Of a DNA stretch of 64,000 bases, positions 49,911 to 59,789 are shown one piece after another. Made by a program: the position numbers and the translations under genes. Numbering within the stretch: position 1 is the stretch's first letter; the number at the start of each line of letters is the position of its first letter. Below the pieces are notes generated by a model. The model ran no database searches, had not been told where the DNA came from, and worked only from the letters and a program-made list of their open reading frames with translations. The DNA comes from Candidatus Omnitrophota bacterium (GTDB lineage: Bacteria > Omnitrophota > Gorgyraeia > Zapsychrales > Fredricksoniimonadaceae), in contig JAGWKL010000003.1 of the NCBI GenBank assembly GCA_028865345.1, positions 184 through 64,183 on the forward strand. Reading direction: 5' to 3'.

Positions 49911-51368
49911 ATGAAGATCATCAGAACCATTCTCGTTAGCCTGTTGGCGTTGATGCTGGTCGCCGCCACCGTTCTTTTTATATTCTTTCAGACTTTTGAC
50001 GCAGACCAGTATTTTCCCCGAATGGCCCCAAAAGCATCAAGGGCATTGGGGCGGACGGTGGTCTTGGGGCATATGGGGCTGGGGTTGTCTTTACGGGGCA
50101 TTACCGTCGACGCAGGACCTGTGACTGTGGCGGACGACCCCGGATTTACAACACAACCGTTCATTGAGGTCAAGAGGGTCCGTATCGGCCTTAACTGGTG
50201 GGCTCTCATAGCCCGTCGGAAAATCCAAATTACAACCATCCTCCTGCAGTCGCCGCAGATCCATTTTATCATTAATGAGCAGGGGGATGTCAATGTTCAT
50301 AGTTTTGCTCAGAATGGCGTCTTATCGGGTGGCGAGGAATGGATGTTAAGGAGCGCACGGTACCGGCACAAGGGGCAGCCTATTGGGGAATCACCGTTGA
50401 AGCGGGCTTTTGGGTTGCCCTCGCGTCCCAAGGAGCACCTTAACATCCATTCCGAGCCAAGCCCCGCTGCGTCGCCAATTTCTATAGAAATACGGGACGC
50501 TTCCATTTCTTTAATCGACCAAAATCCTTATGTGCCCCTGGATATTTGGCTGGAAGGTGTCGATGCCGATGTGAAGGGTTTTTCTTTCTCTGCTCCATTT
50601 GTTTTGTCCTTCGGCGGCTGTTTTTACAGGAATGCCCCCAATGTCCATGCCCGAGCTCAGATGTATTTTGATGCCCTCCGGAAAACTTTCAACATCACTA
50701 ACCTGCAATTGGCAGCCGATCTCTCCAGGCTTCAGGCCGATAGGCTCGACGGTATTTCTCCGGGAACGCCGGGAACAGCCGTTCTTAAAAACATCACCGG
50801 GAAACTGGGGCTGGACATGGGCCATCTGGATTTTAGCCCTACCGCGGGGGTTTACGCCGATGGCCATATCACCGTCACCGACGGGGTATTAAAGGGGTTC
50901 AATATCATTAAATTTCTTTTTTCCCGGTTCCTGGGTAATTTTATAGGAGGCAATATCGAAGCTCTTTTTAAACGTCAAAGCCAGCTGACCGCGCCCGATA
51001 CCGTCATTCAAAGAGCCGTTGTTCAGTTTTCCTATCGCCGGGGCACCCTGTTCATCGATGATTTTCTTGCCCAAACCAATATTTTTGAATTGAACGCCAA
51101 AGGTTTGCTTATGCCGGGATGGAATGCAGACATGCAGACCGTGTTGCATTTGGACCGGAATGTTTCCGAGGGGCTGATCGGTGAGTTTCATGGATTAAAG
51201 CGCCTGGAGGACACAAGTCAGCGCGTCGTCATAAACGCGAGCCTCAAAGGGACCATCCCTCATTTAAAATACAAGCCGGACAAGGATTTCAGAAAAGAAA
51301 GCAGAAAAGCGCTGATGGAAGAAGGCGGCAATATTTTAGGCGCCTTATTGGGCGCTCGCGGGCTGTGA
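49911..51368 (+). CDS. AsmA family protein containing an in-frame family-1 element
   Basis: N-terminal TM helix, FDADQY..ASRALGR.V, ADDPGF..PF, I.L.SPQI; beta-rich C-terminus. Confidence 0.75.
   Translation: MKIIRTILVSLLALMLVAATVLFIFFQTFDADQYFPRMAPKASRALGRTVVLGHMGLGLSLRGITVDAGPVTVADDPGFTTQPFIEVKRVRIGLNWWALIARRKIQITTILLQSPQIHFIINEQGDVNVHSFAQNGVLSGGEEWMLRSARYRHKGQPIGESPLKRAFGLPSRPKEHLNIHSEPSPAASPISIEIRDASISLIDQNPYVPLDIWLEGVDADVKGFSFSAPFVLSFGGCFYRNAPNVHARAQMYFDALRKTFNITNLQLAADLSRLQADRLDGISPGTPGTAVLKNITGKLGLDMGHLDFSPTAGVYADGHITVTDGVLKGFNIIKFLFSRFLGNFIGGNIEALFKRQSQLTAPDTVIQRAVVQFSYRRGTLFIDDFLAQTNIFELNAKGLLMPGWNADMQTVLHLDRNVSEGLIGEFHGLKRLEDTSQRVVINASLKGTIPHLKYKPDKDFRKESRKALMEEGGNILGALLGARGL
50326..50466 (+). 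repeat. Structured dispersed element, family 1, copy E3 (in frame inside asmA)
   Basis: CGGGTGGCGAGGA, GGAGCGCACGG, GGAGCACCT and CGAGCC shared with E1; perfect 16-bp stem 50336-50351/50438-50453. Confidence 0.85.
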
Positions 51369-52702
51369 TGAAAACGTGGATCGCTGCATTCCTTTTGGCG
51401 CTTTTGGCATTGGGCGTCTATTGGCCCCACAGGGACGCCCAATTTGTTTTGGATGATTATTATACGGTGGTCCGCAACCCGCTGATCAAAAACCCCTCCC
51501 TGTACCGGAATATTTGGACATCGCGCCTGTTCGATGCGAGTACATCATCGGGATACATCAAGTTCGGGTATTGGCGGCCGGTCTTGGAGTCCTCATGGAT
51601 ATTGGATTACCGTTTATTCGGCTTGAAGGCATGCGGCTATCAATGGGTGAACCTTTTGATCCACGCCTTCAATTGTTTTCTGGTTTATATTTTATGGCGC
51701 GGTCTTTTCGGTTCGGCTTCTCTGGGGCTCAAGGCGGCCCTTTTATTTTGCGCCCTGCCGACGCAGGAGTGGGTGGTGCGTTACGTGACCGGCCGCGGGG
51801 ACGAATTGAGCGCCTTGTTTGCCTTGGTGTCGTTGATAGCCCTGACGCGGGCCATCAGGAGCGGAATGAAGCGATGGGCATTTCCGGCTTTTATATGCTT
51901 AGGTCTAGCCGCCCTGACCCGTGAGGTGGCGATTTCTTATCTTCTGTACGGCTTGCTGATCTATTTTTACGCCAAAGGCGAAGTCAAAAGCATCAACCGT
52001 TTTTGCGGCTGGTGGGTCCTTATCGGGACATTGCCTTTTTTGCTCATCTGGTCCATTGTCCCCAAGCAGGGCAATATTCTGATATGGCATGTTTTCTATT
52101 TTGCTTCCGCAGGTTTTTGCCTGTGGCTGGCCCAGGGGCGCTTAAGATGGGTCATTATAGGAATTGCTTTTTTTGCTTCCGTAAGTTTTTACCAGGGGCG
52201 GTTTTGGTCGACGGAAGAGACCCTGCTGCGTCATACCAGGAGCCTGGAATGGTGGCCGCGCACTGTGGTGGCCCGGCAGCTGTTGATGAAATACGATGAG
52301 GACATCCCTGCCGTCAAAGGCATGATCAGCCGGTCCCGGGACCATCTTATCAAAGCCATGTGGTTACGCCGCCTGGGGACCATCTATTTTTTCCATCATG
52401 ATAACGCTCTCGCCCGACAGGCCTTTTTACAGGCCTTGTCGGTGGCCCCCTTTGATATCGACAGTCTGGATGCCCTGGCAGTTATCGCCCATGATGAAGG
52501 TCAGGAAGACCGGAGCCTGAAGTACCTGGACCGTGCCTTAACGATCGACCCTTCTTATCCTGATACTTTAAGGACTTTAGGGATCCATTATTACCTCTGT
52601 AAGGATTTTTCCAGGGCCAGGTTTTTTTTGAAAACGAGCCTGTTTTACGATCCTGATAACGCCCAGGCCAGGGATCTTCTTCGTGCTTTGCCAACCCTAT
52701 GA
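51368..52702 (+). CDS. GT-C-fold membrane glycosyltransferase-like protein with C-terminal TPRs (TMTC-like)
   Basis: FVLDD first loop, YWRP, VNLLIH..N, GRGDEL, many TM helices, TPR repeats. Confidence 0.75.
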   Translation: MKTWIAAFLLALLALGVYWPHRDAQFVLDDYYTVVRNPLIKNPSLYRNIWTSRLFDASTSSGYIKFGYWRPVLESSWILDYRLFGLKACGYQWVNLLIHAFNCFLVYILWRGLFGSASLGLKAALLFCALPTQEWVVRYVTGRGDELSALFALVSLIALTRAIRSGMKRWAFPAFICLGLAALTREVAISYLLYGLLIYFYAKGEVKSINRFCGWWVLIGTLPFLLIWSIVPKQGNILIWHVFYFASAGFCLWLAQGRLRWVIIGIAFFASVSFYQGRFWSTEETLLRHTRSLEWWPRTVVARQLLMKYDEDIPAVKGMISRSRDHLIKAMWLRRLGTIYFFHHDNALARQAFLQALSVAPFDIDSLDALAVIAHDEGQEDRSLKYLDRALTIDPSYPDTLRTLGIHYYLCKDFSRARFFLKTSLFYDPDNAQARDLLRALPTL

Positions 52703-52722
52703 ATTAGTGTATACTAAAATCT

Positions 52723-53151
52723 ATGCCGTGCTCCGACAGTTCTTCAGGGATCAATCTGCGCCTGGATTTAAACGAGCGACTGGTCAAATTCGATTTCGCC
52801 AAGATCACCTGTTCCAGCGAAATCGGCGGGGACAGGAGACTGTCCCGGTTTTGCAGCGGGAAGGCGCTGGAAGAGGTCCTCGGGTTCGATTTCAGGATGC
52901 TGGTTTCTGCCCTGGGGATCAACGATGATGAGGAAGCGCAGTTTATCCTTTATATGGAATTAGACGCGCTCAAGGCGGCCGTGTGCGCGTATCTGGGCAT
53001 AGAGTACGAGGGGGTGGACAGCGAGCGTTGCAAGATATCGTCGGTCGAGCACGGCGATGAGTTCATCGATATTGCCCTGGTGATCCTGCCGCCGAAGCAG
53101 TTGCCCAAAATCCTGCCTTGCAGCCTTAACGAACGTCAGGCTTCTTCCTGA
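52723..53151 (+). CDS. Hypothetical Cys-containing protein
   Basis: 142-aa ORF with host-like codons, preceded by TTGCCA-16-TATACT. Confidence 0.65.
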   Translation: MPCSDSSSGINLRLDLNERLVKFDFAKITCSSEIGGDRRLSRFCSGKALEEVLGFDFRMLVSALGINDDEEAQFILYMELDALKAAVCAYLGIEYEGVDSERCKISSVEHGDEFIDIALVILPPKQLPKILPCSLNERQASS

Positions 53152-53174
53152 TGGGGTGATTGCAGGGGGAGTTT

Positions 53175-53669
53175 TTAAGTTTCTTGCCGTCCGCGGGTGA
53201 TCAGGATCTTCCCTGTGCGGATCATTTCCACGATGCCGAATTTCTTAAGGAGGGTTTCGAATTCATTGAGTTCGGCCGTCGTGCCTGTCTGCTCGATGAT
53301 GTAGTAGCCTTGCGAGGCGTCATCGATGCGCACGCGGAATTTGCGCGCGTTTTTGGCCACAAACGTTTTGACCGCCGCAGAGGTTTTGGTTTTAAGCAAT
53401 GCCAGTTCTTTTTCCACGGTGTCGGCCGGATGCTCTTCACAGTGGATCACGTCAACGAGTTTATTGACGTTTTTGATGATCATCTCCAGGGTCGTCACAT
53501 CGCCTTTGGCGGTGATGGTCATGCGGGAAAATTTAGGATTCACCGTCGGAGAGACCACCAGAGAATCGATGTTGTAGCCGCGGCGGGCAAACACCAATGC
53601 AATACGCACAAGCACGCCCGGCTTATTGGCCACCAAAACGCTGATCGTATGAAGAGGGATTTTATCCAT
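53175..53669 (-). CDS. ilvN: Acetolactate synthase small subunit
   Basis: ISVLVANKPGVL.RI..VFARRGYNIDSL, E..RTG. Confidence 0.93.
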   Translation of the reverse strand: MDKIPLHTISVLVANKPGVLVRIALVFARRGYNIDSLVVSPTVNPKFSRMTITAKGDVTTLEMIIKNVNKLVDVIHCEEHPADTVEKELALLKTKTSAAVKTFVAKNARKFRVRIDDASQGYYIIEQTGTTAELNEFETLLKKFGIVEMIRTGKILITRGRQET

Positions 53670-53674
53670 AGGTT

Positions 53675-55417
53675 TTAAGTCGATCCCGACGGTTTTTCCA
53701 TCTTTTTGGCCGGTTTCTCGATGATCATGTGGTGCGCCGATTTACCGGCAGGCACCATGGGAAACACATTATCTTCCTTGATGACTTCCGCATGAAGGAC
53801 GCAGGGGCCTTTGTAGCTCATGGCATCACGCATCACATCTTCGCAATGTTCGGGCTTGTTCATATGGAAGCCCTTGATCCCGTAACTTTCCGCTAATTTC
53901 ACAAAATCAGGGTTGCCTTCCAGATCAACGCCGGAGAGCCGGTTGTCAAAAAAGAGTTCCTGCCATTGGCGCACCATGCCCAAGTACTTATTGTCGATGA
54001 TGATGACTTTGACGGGAAGCTTGTGTACGAACACCGTGGCCAGTTCATACAAAGTCATCTGGAAACCGCCGTCACCCACGATCGCCACCACAAGTTCCCC
54101 GGGCGCGGCGAACTGGGCGCCTACGGCTGCGGGAAAGCCGTAACCCATGGTCCCCGCCCCGCCGGAGGACAGCCAGTGATTGCCTTTTTGGGACAGGTAA
54201 AACTGGGCGGCCCACATCTGGTGCTGTCCCACGTCGGTGGTGACAATAGCCTTGCCCTGTGTGACCTTATAACAGGTGTCGATGACCTGCTGGGCGGTAA
54301 GGCCGTTGGTCGTATTGTATTTCAGGGGAAATTCCTTTTTATAATAGTCCAGTTCCTGGAGCCACGCGGCCGTGTCCAGGGGTTCAATAAGCTTGGTCAA
54401 TTCTTCCACTGCTTCGCGGGCCTGGCCCAGCACATAGGCGTCGGGTTTGACGATCTTATTGATCTCGGCAAAATCCACGTCGATATGAAGCTTCCTGGCA
54501 TTGACGCAAAATTCGTTGTTATTGCCGTTGATGCGGTCATCCCAACGTGAACCGATGGAAAGGATCAGGTCGCAGTTCACCAGCGCTTTGTTGGCATAAG
54601 CGGTCCCGTGCATGCCTAACATTCCCAGGGACAAAGGATGGGTCTCAGGGAATTCGCCTTTGCCAAGAAGCGTATTGGTCACCGGCGCCTGCAATTTCTC
54701 CGCCAATTTTTTGATCGCGGCCCCGGCATGGGAAAGCACGGCGCCGTGCCCAACGAGCAATAAGGGCTTTTTGCTGCCTTTGAACATTTTGGCCATCTTG
54801 ACGATGTCTGCCTTATGAGGCGAAGGCGTGTCTTTCTTATAGCCCGGGATGTCCATTTCCGGATCAAGACTATCGCCTGTAAACGGGGCCGAGGTGATAT
54901 CCTTGGGCAAATCAATGAGGACAGGCCCGGGCCGTCCGGTCTGGCAGATATGCCAGGCTTCCTTGATGATGCGGGGGATATCGTTGGTATTTTTGACCAA
55001 ATAGCTGTGTTTCACCACCGGCATGGTAATACCGGAAATATCCGCTTCCTGAAAAGCGTCTTTACCGAGCATGGAGGTGATGGTCTGCCCGGTCAGGACG
55101 ATCATGGGCACGGAATCCATCATGGCGGTCAGGATCCCTGTGACGGTGTTGGTGGCTCCCGGTCCCGAGGTGACGAGCACGACGCCGGGCCTGCCGGTAA
55201 CGCGGGCATAGCCGTCTGCCATGTGGGTGGCGCCTTGCTCGTGGCGGGTCAGGATAAGCTTGATGCTGGAGCCTACCAGGGCATCGAAAATCGGTATGGC
55301 GGCGCCGCCGGACAGTCCCCAGATATATTCAGCCCCAAAACTTTCCAGGCATTTGATCAGGGCTTCGGCGCCGTTGATAGGTTTCTTAGGTGTTGTTTTA
55401 GAGGGTTCTTTGTTCAT
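53675..55417 (-). CDS. ilvB: Acetolactate synthase large subunit
   Basis: [56 protein letters not shown]. Confidence 0.96.
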   Translation of the reverse strand: MNKEPSKTTPKKPINGAEALIKCLESFGAEYIWGLSGGAAIPIFDALVGSSIKLILTRHEQGATHMADGYARVTGRPGVVLVTSGPGATNTVTGILTAMMDSVPMIVLTGQTITSMLGKDAFQEADISGITMPVVKHSYLVKNTNDIPRIIKEAWHICQTGRPGPVLIDLPKDITSAPFTGDSLDPEMDIPGYKKDTPSPHKADIVKMAKMFKGSKKPLLLVGHGAVLSHAGAAIKKLAEKLQAPVTNTLLGKGEFPETHPLSLGMLGMHGTAYANKALVNCDLILSIGSRWDDRINGNNNEFCVNARKLHIDVDFAEINKIVKPDAYVLGQAREAVEELTKLIEPLDTAAWLQELDYYKKEFPLKYNTTNGLTAQQVIDTCYKVTQGKAIVTTDVGQHQMWAAQFYLSQKGNHWLSSGGAGTMGYGFPAAVGAQFAAPGELVVAIVGDGGFQMTLYELATVFVHKLPVKVIIIDNKYLGMVRQWQELFFDNRLSGVDLEGNPDFVKLAESYGIKGFHMNKPEHCEDVMRDAMSYKGPCVLHAEVIKEDNVFPMVPAGKSAHHMIIEKPAKKMEKPSGST

Positions 55418-55459
55418 AAATTCCCTTTGAAGTAAAGGGGATATATTATCACATTTAAC

Positions 55460-55771
55460 TCATTTAAGCAACTCTGCCAGCTCTCCGTTTTCATGCATCT
55501 CGGCGATGATGTCCGCGCCGCCGACAAATTCCCCGTTGATAAAGACTTGGGGGATGGTGGGCCAGTTGGTAAATTCCTTGATCCCCTGGCGCAGTTGGTC
55601 GTCGGAAAGGACATCGTGGTCTTTGAGGGCAACGCCGTAAGACTGCAGGATCTGCACCGCCCGTCCGGAAAATCCGCACATGGGGGAAGCCGCAGTGCCT
55701 TTCATATAGATCACTACTTTGTTATTCTTGACGTCGTCTTCAATTTTTTTACGTAATTGATCGGTCAACAT
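55460..55771 (-). CDS. grxD: Monothiol glutaredoxin Grx4
   Basis: MKGT..PMCGFS, WPTIPQ, GGADI. Confidence 0.94.
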   Translation of the reverse strand: MLTDQLRKKIEDDVKNNKVVIYMKGTAASPMCGFSGRAVQILQSYGVALKDHDVLSDDQLRQGIKEFTNWPTIPQVFINGEFVGGADIIAEMHENGELAELLK

Positions 55772-55795
55772 AGCGACTCCTGTTGGTTGGTTTTG

Positions 55796-56053
55796 TTAAA
55801 GCCCGTATTGCGATTTGGCTTCATCCCATTTGGCCGGCGTAAAGGTCTTCAGCCCCAGGGCATGGACCACTTGAAAAACATCCTTGATGGAGGCCATGAC
55901 CATCTGCTGCTGTTTAAATACAGGCATCCCCTCAAACGCAGGGGATATGACAAAAGCCTGCAGGTGCGCCCCGTCATTCATGGGATCAAGCACATGGGCC
56001 TGAGATCCAGGGACGGCAGATTCGATCCGGTGTTTGATTTCTTCGGTTGTCAT
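55796..56053 (-). CDS. BolA/IbaG family protein
   Basis: DGAH.QA.VIS.AFEG, VHAL.LKT; adjacent to grxD. Confidence 0.88.
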   Translation of the reverse strand: MTTEEIKHRIESAVPGSQAHVLDPMNDGAHLQAFVISPAFEGMPVFKQQQMVMASIKDVFQVVHALGLKTFTPAKWDEAKSQYGL

Positions 56054-56310
56054 GGTTTATTTTTCTTAATCCACTCAATAATATCCAATGATTCATAAAG
56101 GGCCTTACCGTCAATGACAAGGCAGGGGACCTGGGGCTTGCCGCCGATCGCAACCAGCTCATCGCGCCATGCGGGATTTTCACGGATGTCCTTCATGGGC
56201 ACAACAATGCCTTCTTTATTCAAAAAATCCCTGACCCTCTGGCAATAAGGGCATGCCATAAAATGGTATAAAGTTAAGTCCGACAATATTCTTTGTTTTT
56301 TCGACGTCAT
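56050..56310 (-). CDS. Glutaredoxin / GST-N-like protein
   Basis: CPYC, GGK.QVPCL.IDG..LYES. Confidence 0.88.
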   Translation of the reverse strand: MTSKKQRILSDLTLYHFMACPYCQRVRDFLNKEGIVVPMKDIRENPAWRDELVAIGGKPQVPCLVIDGKALYESLDIIEWIKKNKP

Positions 56311-56328
56311 AAGCGGGTTCCAATTGCG

Positions 56329-57264
56329 TTATTTTAGCAAGTTTTCTACAAAATCAATGATTTTTTCTTCCAGCTTGACGTTGTATAAACGGTTCATTTC
56401 CTGAAGGCAGGTGGGAGAGGTGACGTTGACTTCGATCAGAAAATCACCCAGGATGTCGATCCCAACGAAATAAAGGCCGAGTTCCTGGAGATGTGGCTTA
56501 AGAATGCTGATGATTTTTTTATCGTTGGTGTCGACTGTGGCGGGTTGGGGTGCGCCGCCCGCATAAAAGTTGTTGCGGTGCTCACCTTCTTCATGCAGGC
56601 GCAGCACGGCCCCGAGGACTTCTCCGTCCAGAAGAAGGATGCGTTTATCGCCTTTTTGGGCTTGGGGCACGTATTTCTGGACGATGATGGCCTTGTTGTA
56701 GCGGTCGCTCAGGGTCTCCAGGACGACCTTGGTGTTGGAGTCCCCGTTTTCGATATGAAATACGCCGGCGCCCCCGAATCCGTCGGTGGGCTTGGCGATG
56801 ACATTTTTATGCCTGGCGACAAAATCAAGCAGGTCCTTTTTATCAGAGGAGATGATGGTGGGCGGCGTCAAGTGTTTAAACCGGCTGACCCACACCTTTT
56901 CGTTGACGGTGCGAAGCCCCGCAGGATTGTTGATGACCGCTATATGTTTGGGCAAATGCTCCAGGAGCCATGTGTTCATGATGTATTGCTCATCCAGAGG
57001 CGGGTTGGGGCGGATAAAGACCGCATGAATGTCATCTTGGCTCAATCGTACCGCACGTTCTTCTCGAAACGGCATGTGTGCGATATTCTGGGGGGCGACC
57101 TTGGTGGCATGAAAATACACCTTACCTTCAGCGAAGCCGATGCCGTCTTCAGGCACATGGTAGACGTCGTGGCCGCGGCTATGGGCGCATAACATCATCA
57201 CAAAGGTGGTGTCCGACTCGAAGGAAACCGTTTCCAGAGGGTCCATTAAAAAGACGAATTTCAT
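56329..57264 (-). CDS. gshB: Glutathione synthetase
   Basis: FLMDP, R..PP.D..Y, NEK, KP.DG.GG, GDKRILL, E.NVTSPT. Confidence 0.94.
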   Translation of the reverse strand: MKFVFLMDPLETVSFESDTTFVMMLCAHSRGHDVYHVPEDGIGFAEGKVYFHATKVAPQNIAHMPFREERAVRLSQDDIHAVFIRPNPPLDEQYIMNTWLLEHLPKHIAVINNPAGLRTVNEKVWVSRFKHLTPPTIISSDKKDLLDFVARHKNVIAKPTDGFGGAGVFHIENGDSNTKVVLETLSDRYNKAIIVQKYVPQAQKGDKRILLLDGEVLGAVLRLHEEGEHRNNFYAGGAPQPATVDTNDKKIISILKPHLQELGLYFVGIDILGDFLIEVNVTSPTCLQEMNRLYNVKLEEKIIDFVENLLK

Positions 57265-58562
57265 GCCGGTCCTTTAGCCGTATTGGCTTTTAAGTCCATG
57301 ATCTCCTGGCCCGCGGCCGTGCCCGCGATACGTCCCAGGATACGGTAAATGTCGAATATGTTCAGATTGTGTGCAATGCCGCAGTCCCCGCCGTATTTGT
57401 CCAGGTGCGGGCACATTTTCTGGAAAGACATGCCGCCGGGAGAGTTGAGGTTTTCCCGGGGACTCTTGCCTGTATGATAGCGGTAAAATCCGCCGACGAA
57501 ATTGTTGTCGATCTGGTACAGGCATACTTCGCAGGGGTTCTCTTCGATACGGTGGATGGTGGGCACGCCTTCCTGCAGCAGAAAATGGGTGATGGTCTGC
57601 GCGTCCTTGCCGCGGGAGAGGTCGTTGCGCTTTTTACGGTTCAATTCCAGGATCTGCGCCGGGTCTTCGATGGGGACCACCCCCAGCCCGTAGGTGCCGG
57701 AATCGGATTTGACAAAAATAAACGGCTTGCTGTCGATGGCGTGTTCATGGTATTTGTTTTGGATGTTTTCAAAGAGTTTGACCGCGGCCTGGTAAAGCCG
57801 TTTCTGGTCATCTTCGGCATTGATATTCACATGGTTTTCCACTTCATACAGGCAGGAAAACTGCCAGGGGTCGAGCCCCACGATACCGGCGAATTCCCGG
57901 ATGAGGTTGTTGGCGCGTTGGAAATGCCCGGACTTAAGCCGGGTGTGCCATCCGGCAAGGATGGAAGGGAAGACCGGTATCTTGACCTGTTTTAATTCCT
58001 CAGGAATGCCGGCAGAGAGATCGTTGTTCATGATGATCATGTCAAAATTGATGTCCCCCTGTTTGATCTTCTCCAGCACGCGTTTGACGCAATGGATTTT
58101 AACGGTTTGGCCGCTGGCAGTTTCCATTTCGATGGCGCTGGCCGCCTGCGCGCAAAAGGATGGTTCCTGGATAAAGAAAGAGGCTATTTGGGCATTGAAG
58201 CCGGCCTTGGTGATGATTTCCTGCAGGATACGGACATTTTCCAGATACCAGGTATTGCGCGTATGTTCTTCAGCAACGATCAATATGGAGGCAGCGTCGG
58301 GCACACGCGCCAGGATAGCTTTCTTAATAAGGCCTTCGGCGTCCGCCAACCCGTGCTCGCAGAGATTGTTAAAGCCTGCGGGAAAAAGGTTGGTGTCAAC
58401 CACCGCGATCTTAAAACCCGCGTCACGGATGTCCACCGATGTGTAAAAAGGCGTGTAGCGTTGTTCATGGGTCAGGAGCCAGCGGTGGATGGTCCCCTGG
58501 CGCTGCTGGATGCAGGGCACGCATAAACTTTGCGAGAAGTTTTGGTTGACCGTAAGTTTCAT
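57261..58562 (-). CDS. gshA: Glutamate--cysteine ligase, divergent ATP-grasp GshA type
   Basis: PFYTSVDIR.AG.K...VDTNLFPAGFNNL, EEHTRN..Y, KSDSGTYGLG, QEGVPT, ENLN.PG; coupled to gshB. Confidence 0.9.
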   Translation of the reverse strand: MKLTVNQNFSQSLCVPCIQQRQGTIHRWLLTHEQRYTPFYTSVDIRDAGFKIAVVDTNLFPAGFNNLCEHGLADAEGLIKKAILARVPDAASILIVAEEHTRNTWYLENVRILQEIITKAGFNAQIASFFIQEPSFCAQAASAIEMETASGQTVKIHCVKRVLEKIKQGDINFDMIIMNNDLSAGIPEELKQVKIPVFPSILAGWHTRLKSGHFQRANNLIREFAGIVGLDPWQFSCLYEVENHVNINAEDDQKRLYQAAVKLFENIQNKYHEHAIDSKPFIFVKSDSGTYGLGVVPIEDPAQILELNRKKRNDLSRGKDAQTITHFLLQEGVPTIHRIEENPCEVCLYQIDNNFVGGFYRYHTGKSPRENLNSPGGMSFQKMCPHLDKYGGDCGIAHNLNIFDIYRILGRIAGTAAGQEIMDLKANTAKGPA

Positions 58563-58636
58563 ATATTTTTCCTGTCATTCCCGGATGCTTTTATCGGGGC
58601 GCCATAGTATAATACTAAATTATGATTAAAGCAAAG

Positions 58637-58678
58637 AAAAGGCCCTGTTGCTTCGACGGCGAAGAGTCGCGTGGGGTG
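58637..58678 (+). repeat. Short hairpin repeat, family 2 (42 bp, in frame)
   Basis: AAAAGGCCCTGTTGCTTCGACGGCGAAGAGTCGCGTGGGGTG. Confidence 0.75.
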
Positions 58679-58726
58679 ATCGAACGCATCCTCGCGCAGG
58701 CATTCGCGCCGGATTCTTTAGAGGTC

Positions 58727-58767
58727 AAAAGGCCCAATTGCTTCGACTTCGAAAGGGTTGGTTTGTG
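58727..58767 (+). repeat. Short hairpin repeat, family 2 (41 bp)
   Basis: AAAAGGCCCAATTGCTTCGACTTCGAAAGGGTTGGTTTGTG. Confidence 0.75.
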
Positions 58768-59013
58768 ATCGGGGCAAAGATTGAGCATATATTAAATGTA
58801 ACTTTTAAGCCAGATTATCTCGAAGTCATAGACGAAAGTTACAAGCATGCCGGACATGCCGGCGCCTCTCAGGGCGGGCATTACCGCATCACCGTCATAT
58901 CGAAAAGTTTCAGGGGCAAGAAACTCCTGGAAGTCCACCGCATGATTTACCGGGCCCTGGAGGCGGTCAAACCTTCCATTCATGCGCTGAGCATCAAGGC
59001 CGGTGCTGCTTAA
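58765..59013 (+). CDS. bolA: BolA family protein
   Basis: GTG start; P..LEVIDES.KHAGH, HY..TV.S..F.GK...HR.IY, IHALSI. Confidence 0.88.
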   Translation: MIGAKIEHILNVTFKPDYLEVIDESYKHAGHAGASQGGHYRITVISKSFRGKKLLEVHRMIYRALEAVKPSIHALSIKAGAA

Positions 59014-59789
59014 GTGCGCAGTTTATAGCCGATCCTGAATAAGTAGACCGTTGCCGTAAAGATCGTCATCGCCATTCCTAAGCTGACCAGGGCGCAGGTG
59101 ATGGCGGGCGTGTCCGTGACATTGGTCATGCTGTAACGGATGCCGGAGACCATATAGTAGAGAGGGTTGAAATGTGAGATGATCTGCAATACAGGCGGCA
59201 GCATGAACAGGGGATGGAACACCCCGCCCAGGAGGGCCAGGGGAATGATCACATAGGTGTTCCATATGGAGAGCATGCCGAAATCTTCCGCCCACAGGGC
59301 CCCCATCATCCCGGCGCAGGAAAAAATCACCGCGATGGTCAGCATGAAAAAAAGCAAGGCCAGCGGATGGGTGATCGGGGTGGGCGTAAAAAACAGGGAC
59401 ACCAGCCAAACGCTCACACAGACAAGGATGCCGCGGGCCACCCCTCCGGCCAGAAGGCCTAAAACCATTTCGATATAAGAAAGGGGCGCCAGCAGGATTT
59501 CCTGGATATGGTTGTGCCAGCGGCCTATAAACAGCGACGAGGAAGTGTTTTCGTAGCTGCTCGAGATCAAATTCATGGCCATGAGGCCGGGAGTGATGAA
59601 TTGCAAATAGGTCAATCCGGTGGCGGAGAAATCAACGCGCGAACCGATGGCCACACCAAAAATATACATAAAAAGGGCAGAGGACACCAGCGGCGGGAAA
59701 AGGGTCTGGTTGGCCACCGAGAAAAAGCGGTGGATCTCTCTTTTAGCCAGGGCCAGAACGCCGATCGGGTTGGTCACCAGATGCAACAT
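59010..59789 (-). CDS. ABC-2 type permease (YadH-like)
   Basis: REI.RF...QTL.PP, YLQFI.PGL, LGGVF, NPLYYM.SG.RY. Confidence 0.9.
   Translation of the reverse strand: MLHLVTNPIGVLALAKREIHRFFSVANQTLFPPLVSSALFMYIFGVAIGSRVDFSATGLTYLQFITPGLMAMNLISSSYENTSSSLFIGRWHNHIQEILLAPLSYIEMVLGLLAGGVARGILVCVSVWLVSLFFTPTPITHPLALLFFMLTIAVIFSCAGMMGALWAEDFGMLSIWNTYVIIPLALLGGVFHPLFMLPPVLQIISHFNPLYYMVSGIRYSMTNVTDTPAITCALVSLGMAMTIFTATVYLFRIGYKLRT

Larger units (their letters stand above)
58622..58768 (+). pseudogene. 48-codon bolA 5' fragment containing two family-2 repeats
   Basis: MIKAK[KRPCCFDGEESRGV]IERILAQAFAPDSLEV[KRPNCFDFERVGL*]; the unbracketed parts align with the downstream BolA N-terminus. Confidence 0.65.

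Noticed and set aside
58648-58764. Arg-rich N-terminal extension of BolA in the ORF track
   Set aside because: It is an off-frame reading of the repeats and the upstream bolA fragment.
58637-58767. Two-repeat mini-CRISPR at bolA
   Set aside because: The 48-bp 'spacer' is bolA coding sequence, the repeats are divergent and dispersed elsewhere, and no cas genes are present.
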